From the NCBI GenBank assembly GCA_963783385.1, contig CAWANJ010000009.1:224001-288000 (forward strand): a DNA stretch of 64,000 nucleotides. The letters are read 5' to 3'. The notes below the pieces were generated by a model, which saw nothing but the letters and a program-made list of their open reading frames with translations, was not told the DNA's origin and did not search any database. Shown in pieces: positions 21,823 to 31,262 of this stretch. Source of the stretch: an uncultured Gemmatimonadales bacterium. Its GTDB lineage: Bacteria > Gemmatimonadota > Gemmatimonadetes > Palauibacterales > Palauibacteraceae. The position numbers and the translations under genes were made by a program. Every line of letters starts with the position of its first letter. Position 1 is the first letter of the stretch.

Positions 21823-24254
21823 ACCGATACGTCTGCGTCCATGGCCACTTCTACCAGCCGCCCCGCGAGAACCCGTGGCTGGAAGCGGTCGAGCGGCAAC
21901 CCACGGCGGCGCCCTTCCACGACTGGAACGAGCGCGTGACCGCCGAGTGCTACGGACCCAACGCCACGGCGCGGCTCCTGGACGACCAGGGCCGCATCCG
22001 GAGCATCTCGAACAACTACTCGCGCATGAGCTTCAACGTGGGCCCGACCCTCATGGCGTGGCTCGAGGGGAGTGCCCCCGGCGTGTACGAGGCGATCCTG
22101 CGGGCCGACGAAGCCAGCCGGGGTCGGTTCTCGGGTCACGGGTCGGCCCTGGCGCAGGCCTACAACCACATGATCATGCCGATGGCCGCGGCACGGGATC
22201 GCCGCACCCAGGTCCGGTGGGGGATCCGGGACTTCGAGCGACGGTTCGGGAGGTCACCGGAGGGCATGTGGCTCCCCGAGACCGCGGTGAACCTGGATTC
22301 CCTGGAAGCCCTGGCCGCGGAGGGGATCCGGTTCACCATCCTGGCGCCCCATCAGGCTCGGCGCGTGCGGCCCCTGGCGGGAGGGGAGTGGCGGAGCGTC
22401 GACGAGCGCAGCCTGGATACGGGCCGGGCCTACCTGCAGAAGCTGCCGTCCGGCCGGTCGATCGCCCTGTTCTTCTACCACGGCGCCCTGGCACGGGGCG
22501 TGGCGTTTGAGGATTGGCTCGAGAGCGGCGCCGGCTTTGCCTCGAGACTGCTCGAGGTCGCGCGGGCGGCCGGGTGGGGCGAGGTGCGCCTGGCCCACCT
22601 GGCCGCGGACGGAGAGACGTACGGACACCACCATCGCTTCGGGGAGATGGCGCTGGCCGCCGCCCTCGCGCGCGTCGAGGCCGCGGACGATGTCCGGCTC
22701 ACCAACTACGGGGAGTTCCTCGAGCGGCACCCCCCGGAGCACGAGGTCGAGATCGCCGAGGACACTTCCTGGAGCTGCGTGCACGGGATCGAGCGCTGGC
22801 GCTCCGACTGCGGCTGCCACAGCGGCGGGGAAGCCGGCTGGAGCCAGGCGTGGCGCGCACCCCTCCGGCTCGCCATGGACGACCTGCGGGACGCCCTGGC
22901 GCCCCGGTTCGAGTCCGAGGGAGGCCGCGTGCTCGGGGACCCGTGGGCGGCCCGGGACGCCTACGTGGACGTCGTCCTGGACCGCGACCCGGAGAACGTG
23001 GCCGCCTTCCTGGGCCGGCACGGACGCGCGGACGCGCACCCGGAGGATGGCCACGTCCAGGCCCAGGCCCTTCGGCTGCTCGAGATGCAACGGCACCTGC
23101 AGCTCATGTACACGAGCTGCGGCTGGTTCTTCAACGACCTCGCCGGGATCGAGACCGTCCAGGTGCTCGCCTATGCGGGGCGGGCCCTCGAGCTGGCGGA
23201 ACGGGCGCTGGGGGACGTGGGACCCGTTCGTCGGCGGTTCCTCGCCACCCTGTCCACGGCGCGCAGCAACCGGAAAGACATTGGAGACGGAGCCGCGTTG
23301 TGGGAGCGCGAGGTCCGGGCCCGGGCGGCGGACCTGGAGGATGCGGCGACGCACTGGGCCGTACGGACCCTGCTGGAAGGCCGTCCCGGTCGGGGCCGGT
23401 TCTACGCCTGGGACGTCGACGCGCGCGAGGAGCGCCGCACGACCTCCGGCCAGGGGGTACTGGTCCTCGGAACGGCCTCGGTGCGCTCGCGGACCACGCT
23501 CGAGACCCGGTCGCTGCGCTGGAGCGCGCTCCGAGTCGGCGAGCTGTCGGTGACGGCGGGGGTGGGAGCGGACGCAGCTCTCACCGGGGGAGGGCGCCGG
23601 GCCGGCGCGCTGACCGCGGCCGTGGAGGAGGGCGACCTGGCGGCCGCGCTCCGGCTGCTCGAGGAGGACTACGGCCACGCGGTCCGGTCCCTGCGCACCC
23701 TGTGGCCGGAGGAGCGCCGCCGTGCGCTGGAGCTCGTCTCGGAGCGGGCGCTGGAGAGCACGTCCGAGGCGGCCCGCCTTCTGTACGAGCGCCGGGCTCC
23801 GCTGCTGCGTGCGCTGACGGAGGGCGGCATGCCGGTACCGGCCCTGTGGGAAGCGGCGGCGGGCTTCGTCCTGGAACGCTCGCTGGACGACCTGCTGGCG
23901 AGCCCCTCGCCCGATGCGGATGGGGTACGCGCCGTCATGGAGCGCAGCGCCCGCTGCGGCGTCCGCCTGGACGACACGCGAGTCCGGCTCGCGGCGCGCG
24001 CCTCCCTGGAGGCGGCGGCCGACCGCTTCGCTCGGGATCCTGTGGCGGAGGGCCGACTCCGGGCGCTGCTGGACACGCTCGAGTCGGTGCGAGCCCTGCC
24101 CTTCGAGGTCGGGCTCAGGCACGTGCAGGACCGCTGGTGGGAGGTGAGGGAGATGCTCGACGCGGGCGTCGCGGTGGCTCCCGACACCGGCTGGCGCGGG
24201 GCCTTCGCCCGGTTGGGGACGCTCCTCAAGTTCTCGGTGGACGGGTCCGCCTGA
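21819..24254 (+). CDS. GH57-family protein with DUF3536 domain
   Basis: [50 protein letters not shown]; GTGA overlap with glgB. Confidence 0.9.
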   Translation: MNRYVCVHGHFYQPPRENPWLEAVERQPTAAPFHDWNERVTAECYGPNATARLLDDQGRIRSISNNYSRMSFNVGPTLMAWLEGSAPGVYEAILRADEASRGRFSGHGSALAQAYNHMIMPMAAARDRRTQVRWGIRDFERRFGRSPEGMWLPETAVNLDSLEALAAEGIRFTILAPHQARRVRPLAGGEWRSVDERSLDTGRAYLQKLPSGRSIALFFYHGALARGVAFEDWLESGAGFASRLLEVARAAGWGEVRLAHLAADGETYGHHHRFGEMALAAALARVEAADDVRLTNYGEFLERHPPEHEVEIAEDTSWSCVHGIERWRSDCGCHSGGEAGWSQAWRAPLRLAMDDLRDALAPRFESEGGRVLGDPWAARDAYVDVVLDRDPENVAAFLGRHGRADAHPEDGHVQAQALRLLEMQRHLQLMYTSCGWFFNDLAGIETVQVLAYAGRALELAERALGDVGPVRRRFLATLSTARSNRKDIGDGAALWEREVRARAADLEDAATHWAVRTLLEGRPGRGRFYAWDVDAREERRTTSGQGVLVLGTASVRSRTTLETRSLRWSALRVGELSVTAGVGADAALTGGGRRAGALTAAVEEGDLAAALRLLEEDYGHAVRSLRTLWPEERRRALELVSERALESTSEAARLLYERRAPLLRALTEGGMPVPALWEAAAGFVLERSLDDLLASPSPDADGVRAVMERSARCGVRLDDTRVRLAARASLEAAADRFARDPVAEGRLRALLDTLESVRALPFEVGLRHVQDRWWEVREMLDAGVAVAPDTGWRGAFARLGTLLKFSVDGSA

Positions 24255-24281
24255 GGGGCGACGCCCGACCGGCCGGGGCGC

Positions 24282-24782
24282 TCAGTCGGCGCCGTCCCCT
24301 GTCCGCCGGAGCTTCGGCCCCACCACCCGGTTGATCGCGTCGAGCGTGGCCGATACCGCGGCCCGCGTGCGCTGCCCGACGGTCGCCGGTACGGCCCCGA
24401 CCAGCTTGCGGCCTGGCTCGTCGGCCGTGCGCACCGCGATCAGGATGACGTCCGCGTCGAAGGCATGGAGGAGCTTGACCCCCACCAGCTCCAGCCAGTC
24501 GGGATCCTCGACCGCGGCGCTGGCGGCCGCCAGCGTGGCCTCGGCGGCCAGGCGGAGCTCCATGATGGGCGTCTCCAGTCCCTCCGCGTCTTCCTGGCGA
24601 CGAACACCATCGAGCTCGACGCCGACCCGGATCCGGATCCTGGAGCCGGCCTCCGGGATGCGCTCCACGTCGACCACGCGAAGGCGGGGCTCCGGGTCCA
24701 CCGCCGCATCCCCTGCGTCGGGACCGCCGTCCCCGTCGGTCGGCTCGTGAGCGGCGTCGACCGCCTCGTTCTCGCTGTCCAT
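24282..24782 (-). CDS. hypothetical protein, possibly a stand-alone LeuA-regulatory-like (allosteric) domain
   Basis: C-terminal part of ORF 24282..25964 from ATG 24782; beta-beta-helix pattern ending RAAVSATLDAINR. Confidence 0.7.
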   Translation of the reverse strand: MDSENEAVDAAHEPTDGDGGPDAGDAAVDPEPRLRVVDVERIPEAGSRIRIRVGVELDGVRRQEDAEGLETPIMELRLAAEATLAAASAAVEDPDWLELVGVKLLHAFDADVILIAVRTADEPGRKLVGAVPATVGQRTRAAVSATLDAINRVVGPKLRRTGDGAD

Positions 24783-24832
24783 GCGCTTCCTCGTAGTCTG
24801 CTTGCGAACAGGGTTCGGATGGCCCTCCGTGC

Positions 24833-25537
24833 TCAGGGCACCCGCAGGACCAGGGCCCCGAGAACGGCGAGGTCGTTCTGGAGCCGGGCGTCCCCCGCGT
24901 CCGAGAAGCTGGTGACGTAGTCGCGGAGCTCGGCGCGCAGGCGCCACAGGCCCGGCAGCTTCAGGTACGTGCCCACGAGTGCCTCGACCGCGAAGTCGCT
25001 GCGCGCGCTGGAGTCCGAGAGAACGACCGCGGGAGGCGTGCCGTTCACGACCGGGAGTGTCGTCGGCCCGGGGTGAGGGGTCAGCCTGCGTACCCCGAGC
25101 CCGGCCCCCACGAAGGGCTCGAGCAGGGAGCTCAGGATCGGCAGCGGCGGCCGGAACACGGCGTCCAGGCTGAGGGCCGACCAGTCGGCGTTCCCCTCGT
25201 GCGTGCCACCCGGGTCCTCCAGCGCGGCGTTCGGCGCCCACAGCGCCTGCGCTTCGACTCCGAGGCCGCCCACGAGCTGGAGGGCCGCGGTGACGCCGAG
25301 CGCCAGGCCGCCTCCCAGGCGAGTGGCGCCTCCGAGCACGTCCGGGCCGCGCGCCAGGTCGGTCCCCGGCTGGAGCGAACCGGCACCGGCGCTCAGCTCG
25401 AGACGGATCGGCGGAGCCAGCTGTGCGGACGCCCGGGCGGGCACCCACGCGGCGAGGCTCCCGAGGAGCGAGGCGGCGAGGATGCGGCCCGCGCGCCGCG
25501 CGGTTCGGGCCGGCACGTTCCTGTGCTGATGGCGCAC
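24833..25537 (-). CDS. exported protein, probable outer-membrane beta-barrel
   Basis: Signal peptide (RRAGRILAASLLGSLAAWVPARASAQ); alternating amphipathic strands, PFVGAGLG, LRAELRDY. Confidence 0.7.
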   Translation of the reverse strand: MRHQHRNVPARTARRAGRILAASLLGSLAAWVPARASAQLAPPIRLELSAGAGSLQPGTDLARGPDVLGGATRLGGGLALGVTAALQLVGGLGVEAQALWAPNAALEDPGGTHEGNADWSALSLDAVFRPPLPILSSLLEPFVGAGLGVRRLTPHPGPTTLPVVNGTPPAVVLSDSSARSDFAVEALVGTYLKLPGLWRLRAELRDYVTSFSDAGDARLQNDLAVLGALVLRVP

Positions 25538-25605
25538 GTCGACTCCTGGTCATGAACCGGAGGGCCGCCGGGGCCGGGTTGCGGGCGGCGTGATGGCCCT
25601 GCAGC

Positions 25606-25634
25606 AATCTATCCGGGCCGGGAGGAAACTCGAA
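25606..25634 (-). promoter_or_regulatory. putative sigma70-type promoter for the beta-barrel gene
   Basis: Minus strand TTCGAG-N17-TAGATT. Confidence 0.4.
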
Positions 25635-25731
25635 AGCGCCCGGCCCGCGGGTCCGCCCCGGGCGGCTGGCGAGGCGATCCCGTCCCCGGCTAGCTTGGGC
25701 CCGAGACGAGGCCCGTGGACAGGAAGGGTGC

Positions 25732-26076
25732 ATGGTCGAGGACTGCTTGTTCTGCAAGATCGCCAGCGGGGACATCCCGGCCCAGGTCGTGGCCGAGTCG
25801 GATCGATGGCTCGCCTTCCGCGACATTGATCCGAAGGCGCCCGTCCACGTGCTGGTCATCCCGCGGGAGCATTTCGAGAGCCTCGACGAGCTCGAGGAGG
25901 GCCACCGCTCGCTGGCGGGCGAGCTGTTGCTGGCGGCGCAGCGGGTGGCCGAGCACGAGGGCATCGGGGGTGGTTACCGTCTGGTCGCCAACACGGGTGC
26001 CGCTGCGGGTCAGACCGTCTTCCACCTGCACCTGCACGTGCTGGGCGGCCGGGCGATGCGGTGGCCGCCCGGTTGA
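25732..26076 (+). CDS. histidine triad (HIT) nucleotide-binding protein
   Basis: CLFCKI, AFRDIDPKAPVHVLVIP, GQTVFHLHLHVLGGR. Confidence 0.95.
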   Translation: MVEDCLFCKIASGDIPAQVVAESDRWLAFRDIDPKAPVHVLVIPREHFESLDELEEGHRSLAGELLLAAQRVAEHEGIGGGYRLVANTGAAAGQTVFHLHLHVLGGRAMRWPPG

Positions 26077-28598
26077 TGACCTCGCTCCCGCCGGCGTCCC
26101 GTCCAACGGCCGACCCGTCGCGGGAGGGTCGCGGCACGGAGGACGGCGGCTCGGAGCACGCCCTCTCGCTGCTGGAGTTCCCCCGCGTCCTGGCTCTGGT
26201 GGCGCGTTACGCCTCGAGCGAGGCCGGCCGGCGTCGCGTGCGGGAGCTCCGCCCGCTCGTCTACCCCGACGCCGCCGAGGACGCCTTGCGGGTCACGGGC
26301 GAAATGACGCGGCTGTACGGTCGTTCGGGCGGATGGGCTCCCCCGGTGATTCCGGAGCTGGACGCGGAGCTGCGGCGACTCGCCGTCGAGGGGGCGGTCC
26401 TCGAGGGGGACGCGCTGCACGGTCTGAGCGTGCTACTGGCTTCGGGTGAGTCCGCGCGCCGGGACGTCCTGGAGGAGGAGGAGACGCTCCCGGGCCTCGC
26501 CGAGCTCGCACGGGGCCTCCTTCGGGCGCCCGCCCTTCGGGAGAAGCTCGAGGACGCGGTGGACGAGTCCGGGGCGGTGCGGGACGAGGCGTCACCGGAT
26601 CTGCGGCGGATCCGCGGGGAGCTGCGCGGCGCCCGTTCCTCGCTGGTCGGCCGGCTCGAGCGCTTCGCCGCGCGACTCCGCGACCGGATCCGTGTCCCGG
26701 ACGCCTCGGTCACCGTGCGGGGCGGCCGCTACTGCATCCCCATCCGGCGAGAGGGCCGCTCGGAGGTCGGCGGCATCGTGCACGACGAGTCGTCCAGCGG
26801 GCAGACCCTGTTCGTCGAGCCGCCGGTCGCCATCGAGCCCATGAATCGGATCCGCGAGCTCGAGATGGCCGAGGGCCGGGAGGTGCGCCGCATCCTCGCC
26901 GAGCTCACGTCGGCGGCGCGCCCCCACGCACGCGAGCTGCGGCACAGCCTGTACGTCCTGGAGGAGCTCGATGCGATCTGGGCCCGTGCCCGCTACGCGC
27001 TGGATCACGGGGGCCACAGGCCCGACCTCGGCGAGCGCGGCAGGCACGGTCCCTACAGGGTGGTGGAGGGTTACCATCCGCTGCTGCTGGCCGGCCAAGA
27101 GGAGACCGTGCCCTTCGGGCTCACCCTGGCGCCGGAGGAGAGCGTCCTCCTGATCAGCGGTCCGAACGCTGGCGGCAAGACGGTCCTCCTCAAGACGATC
27201 GGCCTCCTGTCCGCCATGGCGCAGTCGGGCATCGTGCCCCCCGTGGGACCCGATACCCGCCTCCCGCTGTTCACCCGCTTCTTCGCCATCCTGGGCGACG
27301 AGCAGTCGATCGAGGCCTCCCTCTCCTCCTTCAGCGCACAGGTGGGCCTGCTCCGCACGATCCTCGAGGAGGCCGACGGCGGGAGCCTCATCCTCCTCGA
27401 CGAGTTCGGAAGCCACACCGATCCCTCCGAGGGTGCCGCCCTCGCGGCGGCCAGCCTCCTGCGGCTGGCCGACCAGGCGGGACTGACCGTGGCCACCACG
27501 CACCTGGGGGACCTCAAGGCGCTGGCCGGAGAAGATGAGCGCATTGTGAACGCATCCCTGGCGTTCGACGCCGGCCGGCTGCGTCCCACCTACCGGCTGC
27601 GGCGGGACCGGCCCGGGCGGAGCTACGCGCTCGAGATCGCCGCGCGGCTCGGCGTTCCCGCGAGCGTCCTCGAGGCGGCCCGAGAGCGCATGGGCAGCGG
27701 GGAGCGTCGCATGGAATCGGTGCTGGCCGAGCTCGAGGAGCGCGAAGCCGAGCTTTCGCGGCTGACCGGGGAGGGGCGCGAACGAGAGGCGGAGCTGGTG
27801 GAGCGCGAGGAGGCGATCGGTGAGCGGGAGCGCGCGCTGGCGGCGCGGCGCGCCGAGCTCGAGAGCGACGCTCGGGAGAGGGCGGAGCGCTACCTCCTCG
27901 AGGCGCGGAGCGAGGTGGAGGCGGCCATCGAGAGGCTGGAGCGTCGGGCCCGCTCGGGCGACCCGGGGGCGGAGGCCCTCGGGGATGCGGCCAGCGAGGC
28001 GCGACGCGCGGTGGAGGAGGCCGTACGGGAGAGTCGCGAGGCACGGCCTTCCCGTGCCGAGCCGGGACCGCTCCCGGAGGTGACGGCGGGGGAGGCGGTG
28101 CGCGTGCGCTCCCTGGGGCGGACCGGCCGCGTCCTCGAGGTCCGGGAGGACCGGATCGTGGTGGAAGCCGGCGGCGTGCGTCTCTCGCTGCCGCCGCGGG
28201 AGGTGGCGCCCGCCTCCGATGGGGAAGCCGAGGGGGCCGGCGCGGGTGGCTCCGGCGGGGCCGCCGCCCGCGGCGCAACGGGGATCGCGGGGCACCGGGC
28301 CGCGAGTCGCCCGGCTGGCCGCCGCCCGACGATCGAGCCGCGCTCGGAGGTCGATCTGAGGGGCCTGCGGGTGGACGAAGCCGAGGGGGAGCTGGTGCCG
28401 GTCCTGGACGCGGCCATCGTCGCGGATCTCCCGCGACTCCGCATCATACATGGCAAGGGCACCGGAGCGCTGCGCGAGCGGGTCCGGGAGGTCCTGACCG
28501 TCGATCCGCGCGTCGTCTCCTTCCGTGGAGGCGGCCCCGAAGAGGGGGGGAGCGGAGTCACGGTCGTGCGCCTCACCCCGGACGAGGGAGACACGTGA
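26076..28598 (+). CDS. mutS2: endonuclease MutS2
   Basis: SGPNAGGKT Walker A, GDEQSIEASLSSFS, LLDEFG, TTH, coiled coil, KOW and Smr domain (DLRG...IIHGKGTGAL...GGSGVT). Confidence 0.94.
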   Translation: MTSLPPASRPTADPSREGRGTEDGGSEHALSLLEFPRVLALVARYASSEAGRRRVRELRPLVYPDAAEDALRVTGEMTRLYGRSGGWAPPVIPELDAELRRLAVEGAVLEGDALHGLSVLLASGESARRDVLEEEETLPGLAELARGLLRAPALREKLEDAVDESGAVRDEASPDLRRIRGELRGARSSLVGRLERFAARLRDRIRVPDASVTVRGGRYCIPIRREGRSEVGGIVHDESSSGQTLFVEPPVAIEPMNRIRELEMAEGREVRRILAELTSAARPHARELRHSLYVLEELDAIWARARYALDHGGHRPDLGERGRHGPYRVVEGYHPLLLAGQEETVPFGLTLAPEESVLLISGPNAGGKTVLLKTIGLLSAMAQSGIVPPVGPDTRLPLFTRFFAILGDEQSIEASLSSFSAQVGLLRTILEEADGGSLILLDEFGSHTDPSEGAALAAASLLRLADQAGLTVATTHLGDLKALAGEDERIVNASLAFDAGRLRPTYRLRRDRPGRSYALEIAARLGVPASVLEAARERMGSGERRMESVLAELEEREAELSRLTGEGREREAELVEREEAIGERERALAARRAELESDARERAERYLLEARSEVEAAIERLERRARSGDPGAEALGDAASEARRAVEEAVRESREARPSRAEPGPLPEVTAGEAVRVRSLGRTGRVLEVREDRIVVEAGGVRLSLPPREVAPASDGEAEGAGAGGSGGAAARGATGIAGHRAASRPAGRRPTIEPRSEVDLRGLRVDEAEGELVPVLDAAIVADLPRLRIIHGKGTGALRERVREVLTVDPRVVSFRGGGPEEGGSGVTVVRLTPDEGDT

Positions 28599-30394
28599 GG
28601 GACGAGGTCATCGAAGAGGTCCGCTCCCGGGCCGATCTGGTCGAGATCTGCTCGGAGCACACGAGCCTGAAGCGGTCGGGGAAGACGTACCGCGGGCCGT
28701 GTCCCCTGCATGGCGGCGAGGGGCCCAACTTCTCCGTCGATCCGGCGCGCGGCATCTTCAAGTGTTTCGTGTGTGGCGAGGGCGGGGACGTGTTCAGCTT
28801 CGTCATGAAGCTGCTGGGGCTCGACTTCCCCTCGGCCGTGCGCTACGTGGCCGAGAGGGCGGGGGTGGAGGTCCCCGAGGACGATGAGAGACGCGAGGAC
28901 CCCCACGCTGCCCTGCGGGAGGCGGTGGCCTTCGCGGCGGAGTGGTTCGCGACGCGGCTGGCCGACCTCGAGGCGGGGGCCCGCGGACGGGCGTACCTGG
29001 AGTCACGGGGCTTCGACGCTGAGGCGGCGGAGCTCTACCGGCTCGGCTACGTCCCGGATGCCTGGCGGGCGCTGCGGGAGGCGGCGCTCGCGCGCGGGCT
29101 GGAGGAGTCCGCCCTCCTCGAGGTGGGGCTCCTGGCGACCAGCGAGCGCTCCGACGAACCGTACGATCGCTTCAGGGACCGGATCATCTTCCCGATCGAG
29201 GACCTCCGGGACCGACCGGTGGGCTTCGGCGGGCGCGACCTCTCCGGCCGCGACGACGTCCCCAAGTACATCAACTCGCCGGATTCCCCGATCTTCTCCA
29301 AGGGACGCACGCTCTACCTGCTCAACCGGGCCCGTCATGCCATCCGTCGTCAGGAGGCCGCCCTGGTGGTGGAGGGCTACATGGATGCCCTGTCGCTCCA
29401 CGTGAGGGGGTTCGAGAACGTGGTGGCCCCCCTGGGCACGGCCCTCACCGCCGAACAGGCGGCGACGCTGGTGAAGTACGCGCGCACGGTCTTCCTCCTC
29501 TACGACAGCGACAGGGCCGGGCTGCGCGCCACGTTCCGGGCGGCCGACGCGCTCCTGGCGGCCGGTGCCGAGCCGATGGTGGTGACGCTGCCGGAGGGAG
29601 AGGACCCCGACTCGCTGGTGCGGAGCGAGGGAGCGGGGCGTCTCCAGGCCTGCCTCGCCGACGCCGTGGACGCACTGGAGCGCAAGCTCCAGATCCTCGA
29701 GCGCCGGGGCTACCTCGAGACGATCGACGGACGCCGCCGCGCGGTGGATGCCCTGCTGTCCACGCTCAGGGCGGTCCGCGATCCGGCCCTCAGGGACCTG
29801 TACATCTCGCGCGCGGCCGAACGCACCGGGGTGCGCCGGGAGACCCTGGTCCACGAGGTCGCCAGGGCGGGCGCCCCCCGGGAGCCGCGCGCCGTATCCC
29901 GCGGCCGTGGTGCGGCCGCGGCCCGCCCCGGAATCCACGCCGCGGCCACGGACGCGGGCAGGGTGTCCGAGCGCAACCTCCTGCTCCTCTTCCTCCGGGA
30001 CCCGACCTACGTGGCGCGGGCCCGGGAGGCGGACCTCGAGGCGTCCAGTTTCCGGGACGATCACCTTCGGCCGCTTGCCGCGGGGCTCCTCGGGGCCCAG
30101 GGTCGTGACCTCGACCTCGCCGAGCTGTTCACTGGAGAGGAGCTCGATGCGGCCCGCGAGCTGGCATCCAATGCCACCGACCTGGCCAACGCCGAGGAGG
30201 TGTTCGAGCACTCCCTCCGGAGGGTCCGGTACAGAACCCGGCTGGAGCGGCTCGAGGAGATCGATCGCGAGCTGGAGCTCGCCGAGGCCGATCAGGCCCG
30301 GGAGCTCCTGCGGGAGAAGGAAGCGCTCGCCCGGGAGCTCCGGGAGGCCCGGATCCCGGTGAGCTGGGTACGACGGTACGCCGGGGCGCCGTGA
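28595..30394 (+). CDS. dnaG: DNA primase
   Basis: CPLH...CFVC zinc finger, DRFRDRIIFPI, KYINSP, VVEGYMD, YDSDRAG, DPD. Confidence 0.96.
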   Translation: MRDEVIEEVRSRADLVEICSEHTSLKRSGKTYRGPCPLHGGEGPNFSVDPARGIFKCFVCGEGGDVFSFVMKLLGLDFPSAVRYVAERAGVEVPEDDERREDPHAALREAVAFAAEWFATRLADLEAGARGRAYLESRGFDAEAAELYRLGYVPDAWRALREAALARGLEESALLEVGLLATSERSDEPYDRFRDRIIFPIEDLRDRPVGFGGRDLSGRDDVPKYINSPDSPIFSKGRTLYLLNRARHAIRRQEAALVVEGYMDALSLHVRGFENVVAPLGTALTAEQAATLVKYARTVFLLYDSDRAGLRATFRAADALLAAGAEPMVVTLPEGEDPDSLVRSEGAGRLQACLADAVDALERKLQILERRGYLETIDGRRRAVDALLSTLRAVRDPALRDLYISRAAERTGVRRETLVHEVARAGAPREPRAVSRGRGAAAARPGIHAAATDAGRVSERNLLLLFLRDPTYVARAREADLEASSFRDDHLRPLAAGLLGAQGRDLDLAELFTGEELDAARELASNATDLANAEEVFEHSLRRVRYRTRLERLEEIDRELELAEADQARELLREKEALARELREARIPVSWVRRYAGAP

Positions 30395-30499
30395 GGCGCG
30401 GCGTGGGCCGGGGGCGCGGGTGGCTCGTGCCGGGGACCGGAAGAGGACGCCCGGGTAGGGTGTAGGGGACGACCGAGAACGACACGTACAGGAGAGGGA

Positions 30500-31237
30500 A
30501 TGGAATCACAGGACACGGTGGAGGCGCTCCTGGGCCTCCAGGACATCGACGCGGCCATCGAGGAGCGAGAGGCCGAGCTGGCCGCGCTCGAGCCTGCGCT
30601 CCAGGAGGGGGAGGAGCGAATAGCGGGGCTGCGCGAGCGGCTGGACGCCGTACGCCAGGAGCTGGAGTCGGCGGAAGAATCCTATCGAAAGAGCCAGAGG
30701 TCCGTCCAGGCGGGACGCGCCACGCTCAAGCGACTCCGGGACCGGGCGGACGAGGTCCAGGACCTGCGCCAGCACATGGCGGTGCGGGCCGAGCTCGAAG
30801 CGGCGCGACGCAACCTGGAAGCCGCCGAGAACGACGCGCTCGACGACCTGCAGCGGGCGGAGAGCGCACGGGAGGTGCTCGAGACCCTGGACGGCGAGAT
30901 GTCGGAGGCTCGGGACTCCCTGCAGCAGCGCTCCGACGAGGTCGAGGCGCGGCGAGAGGAACTCGAGAAGGAGCTCGCGCACCATCGCGATCGTCGAAGT
31001 GAAGGCACCGAGGGGATCGACCAGGAGGCGCTCAAGCTGTACGAGAGGGTCCGCCGGGGCCGAACCGAGAGCGCCCTGGCCCCACTGGTGGGCGGGCATT
31101 GCGGCAACTGCTTCACGGCCGTGCCCCTCCAACGGCAGGCCGAGATTCGCACCGGTCGTGCCCTGTTCCGGTGCGAGGGCTGCGGCGTGATCCTGCACGC
31201 TCCGCTGGAGGAGACGGCGGACGAGGTGGACCGCTGA
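30500..31237 (+). CDS. coiled-coil protein with C4 zinc ribbon (DUF164 / CT398-like)
   Basis: LQDID N-terminus, long coiled coil, CGNC...CEGC. Confidence 0.88.
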   Translation: MESQDTVEALLGLQDIDAAIEEREAELAALEPALQEGEERIAGLRERLDAVRQELESAEESYRKSQRSVQAGRATLKRLRDRADEVQDLRQHMAVRAELEAARRNLEAAENDALDDLQRAESAREVLETLDGEMSEARDSLQQRSDEVEARREELEKELAHHRDRRSEGTEGIDQEALKLYERVRRGRTESALAPLVGGHCGNCFTAVPLQRQAEIRTGRALFRCEGCGVILHAPLEETADEVDR

Positions 31238-31262
31238 TCGAGGTCCCGCGCGGCCCGGGGAC

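Noticed and set aside
24282-25964. Apparent long N-terminal extensions or fusions in the ORF track (also 18736.., 21267.., 43937.., 53917.., 54615.., 61397..63088)
   Set aside because: The extensions are Arg/Pro/Gly-rich off-frame read-through of neighbouring genes. The real starts lie at internal ATG/GTG codons with overlaps or RBSs.
27544-27561. TTGTGAA Rex half-site inside mutS2
   Set aside because: There is no matching TTCACAA second half and it lies in coding sequence.
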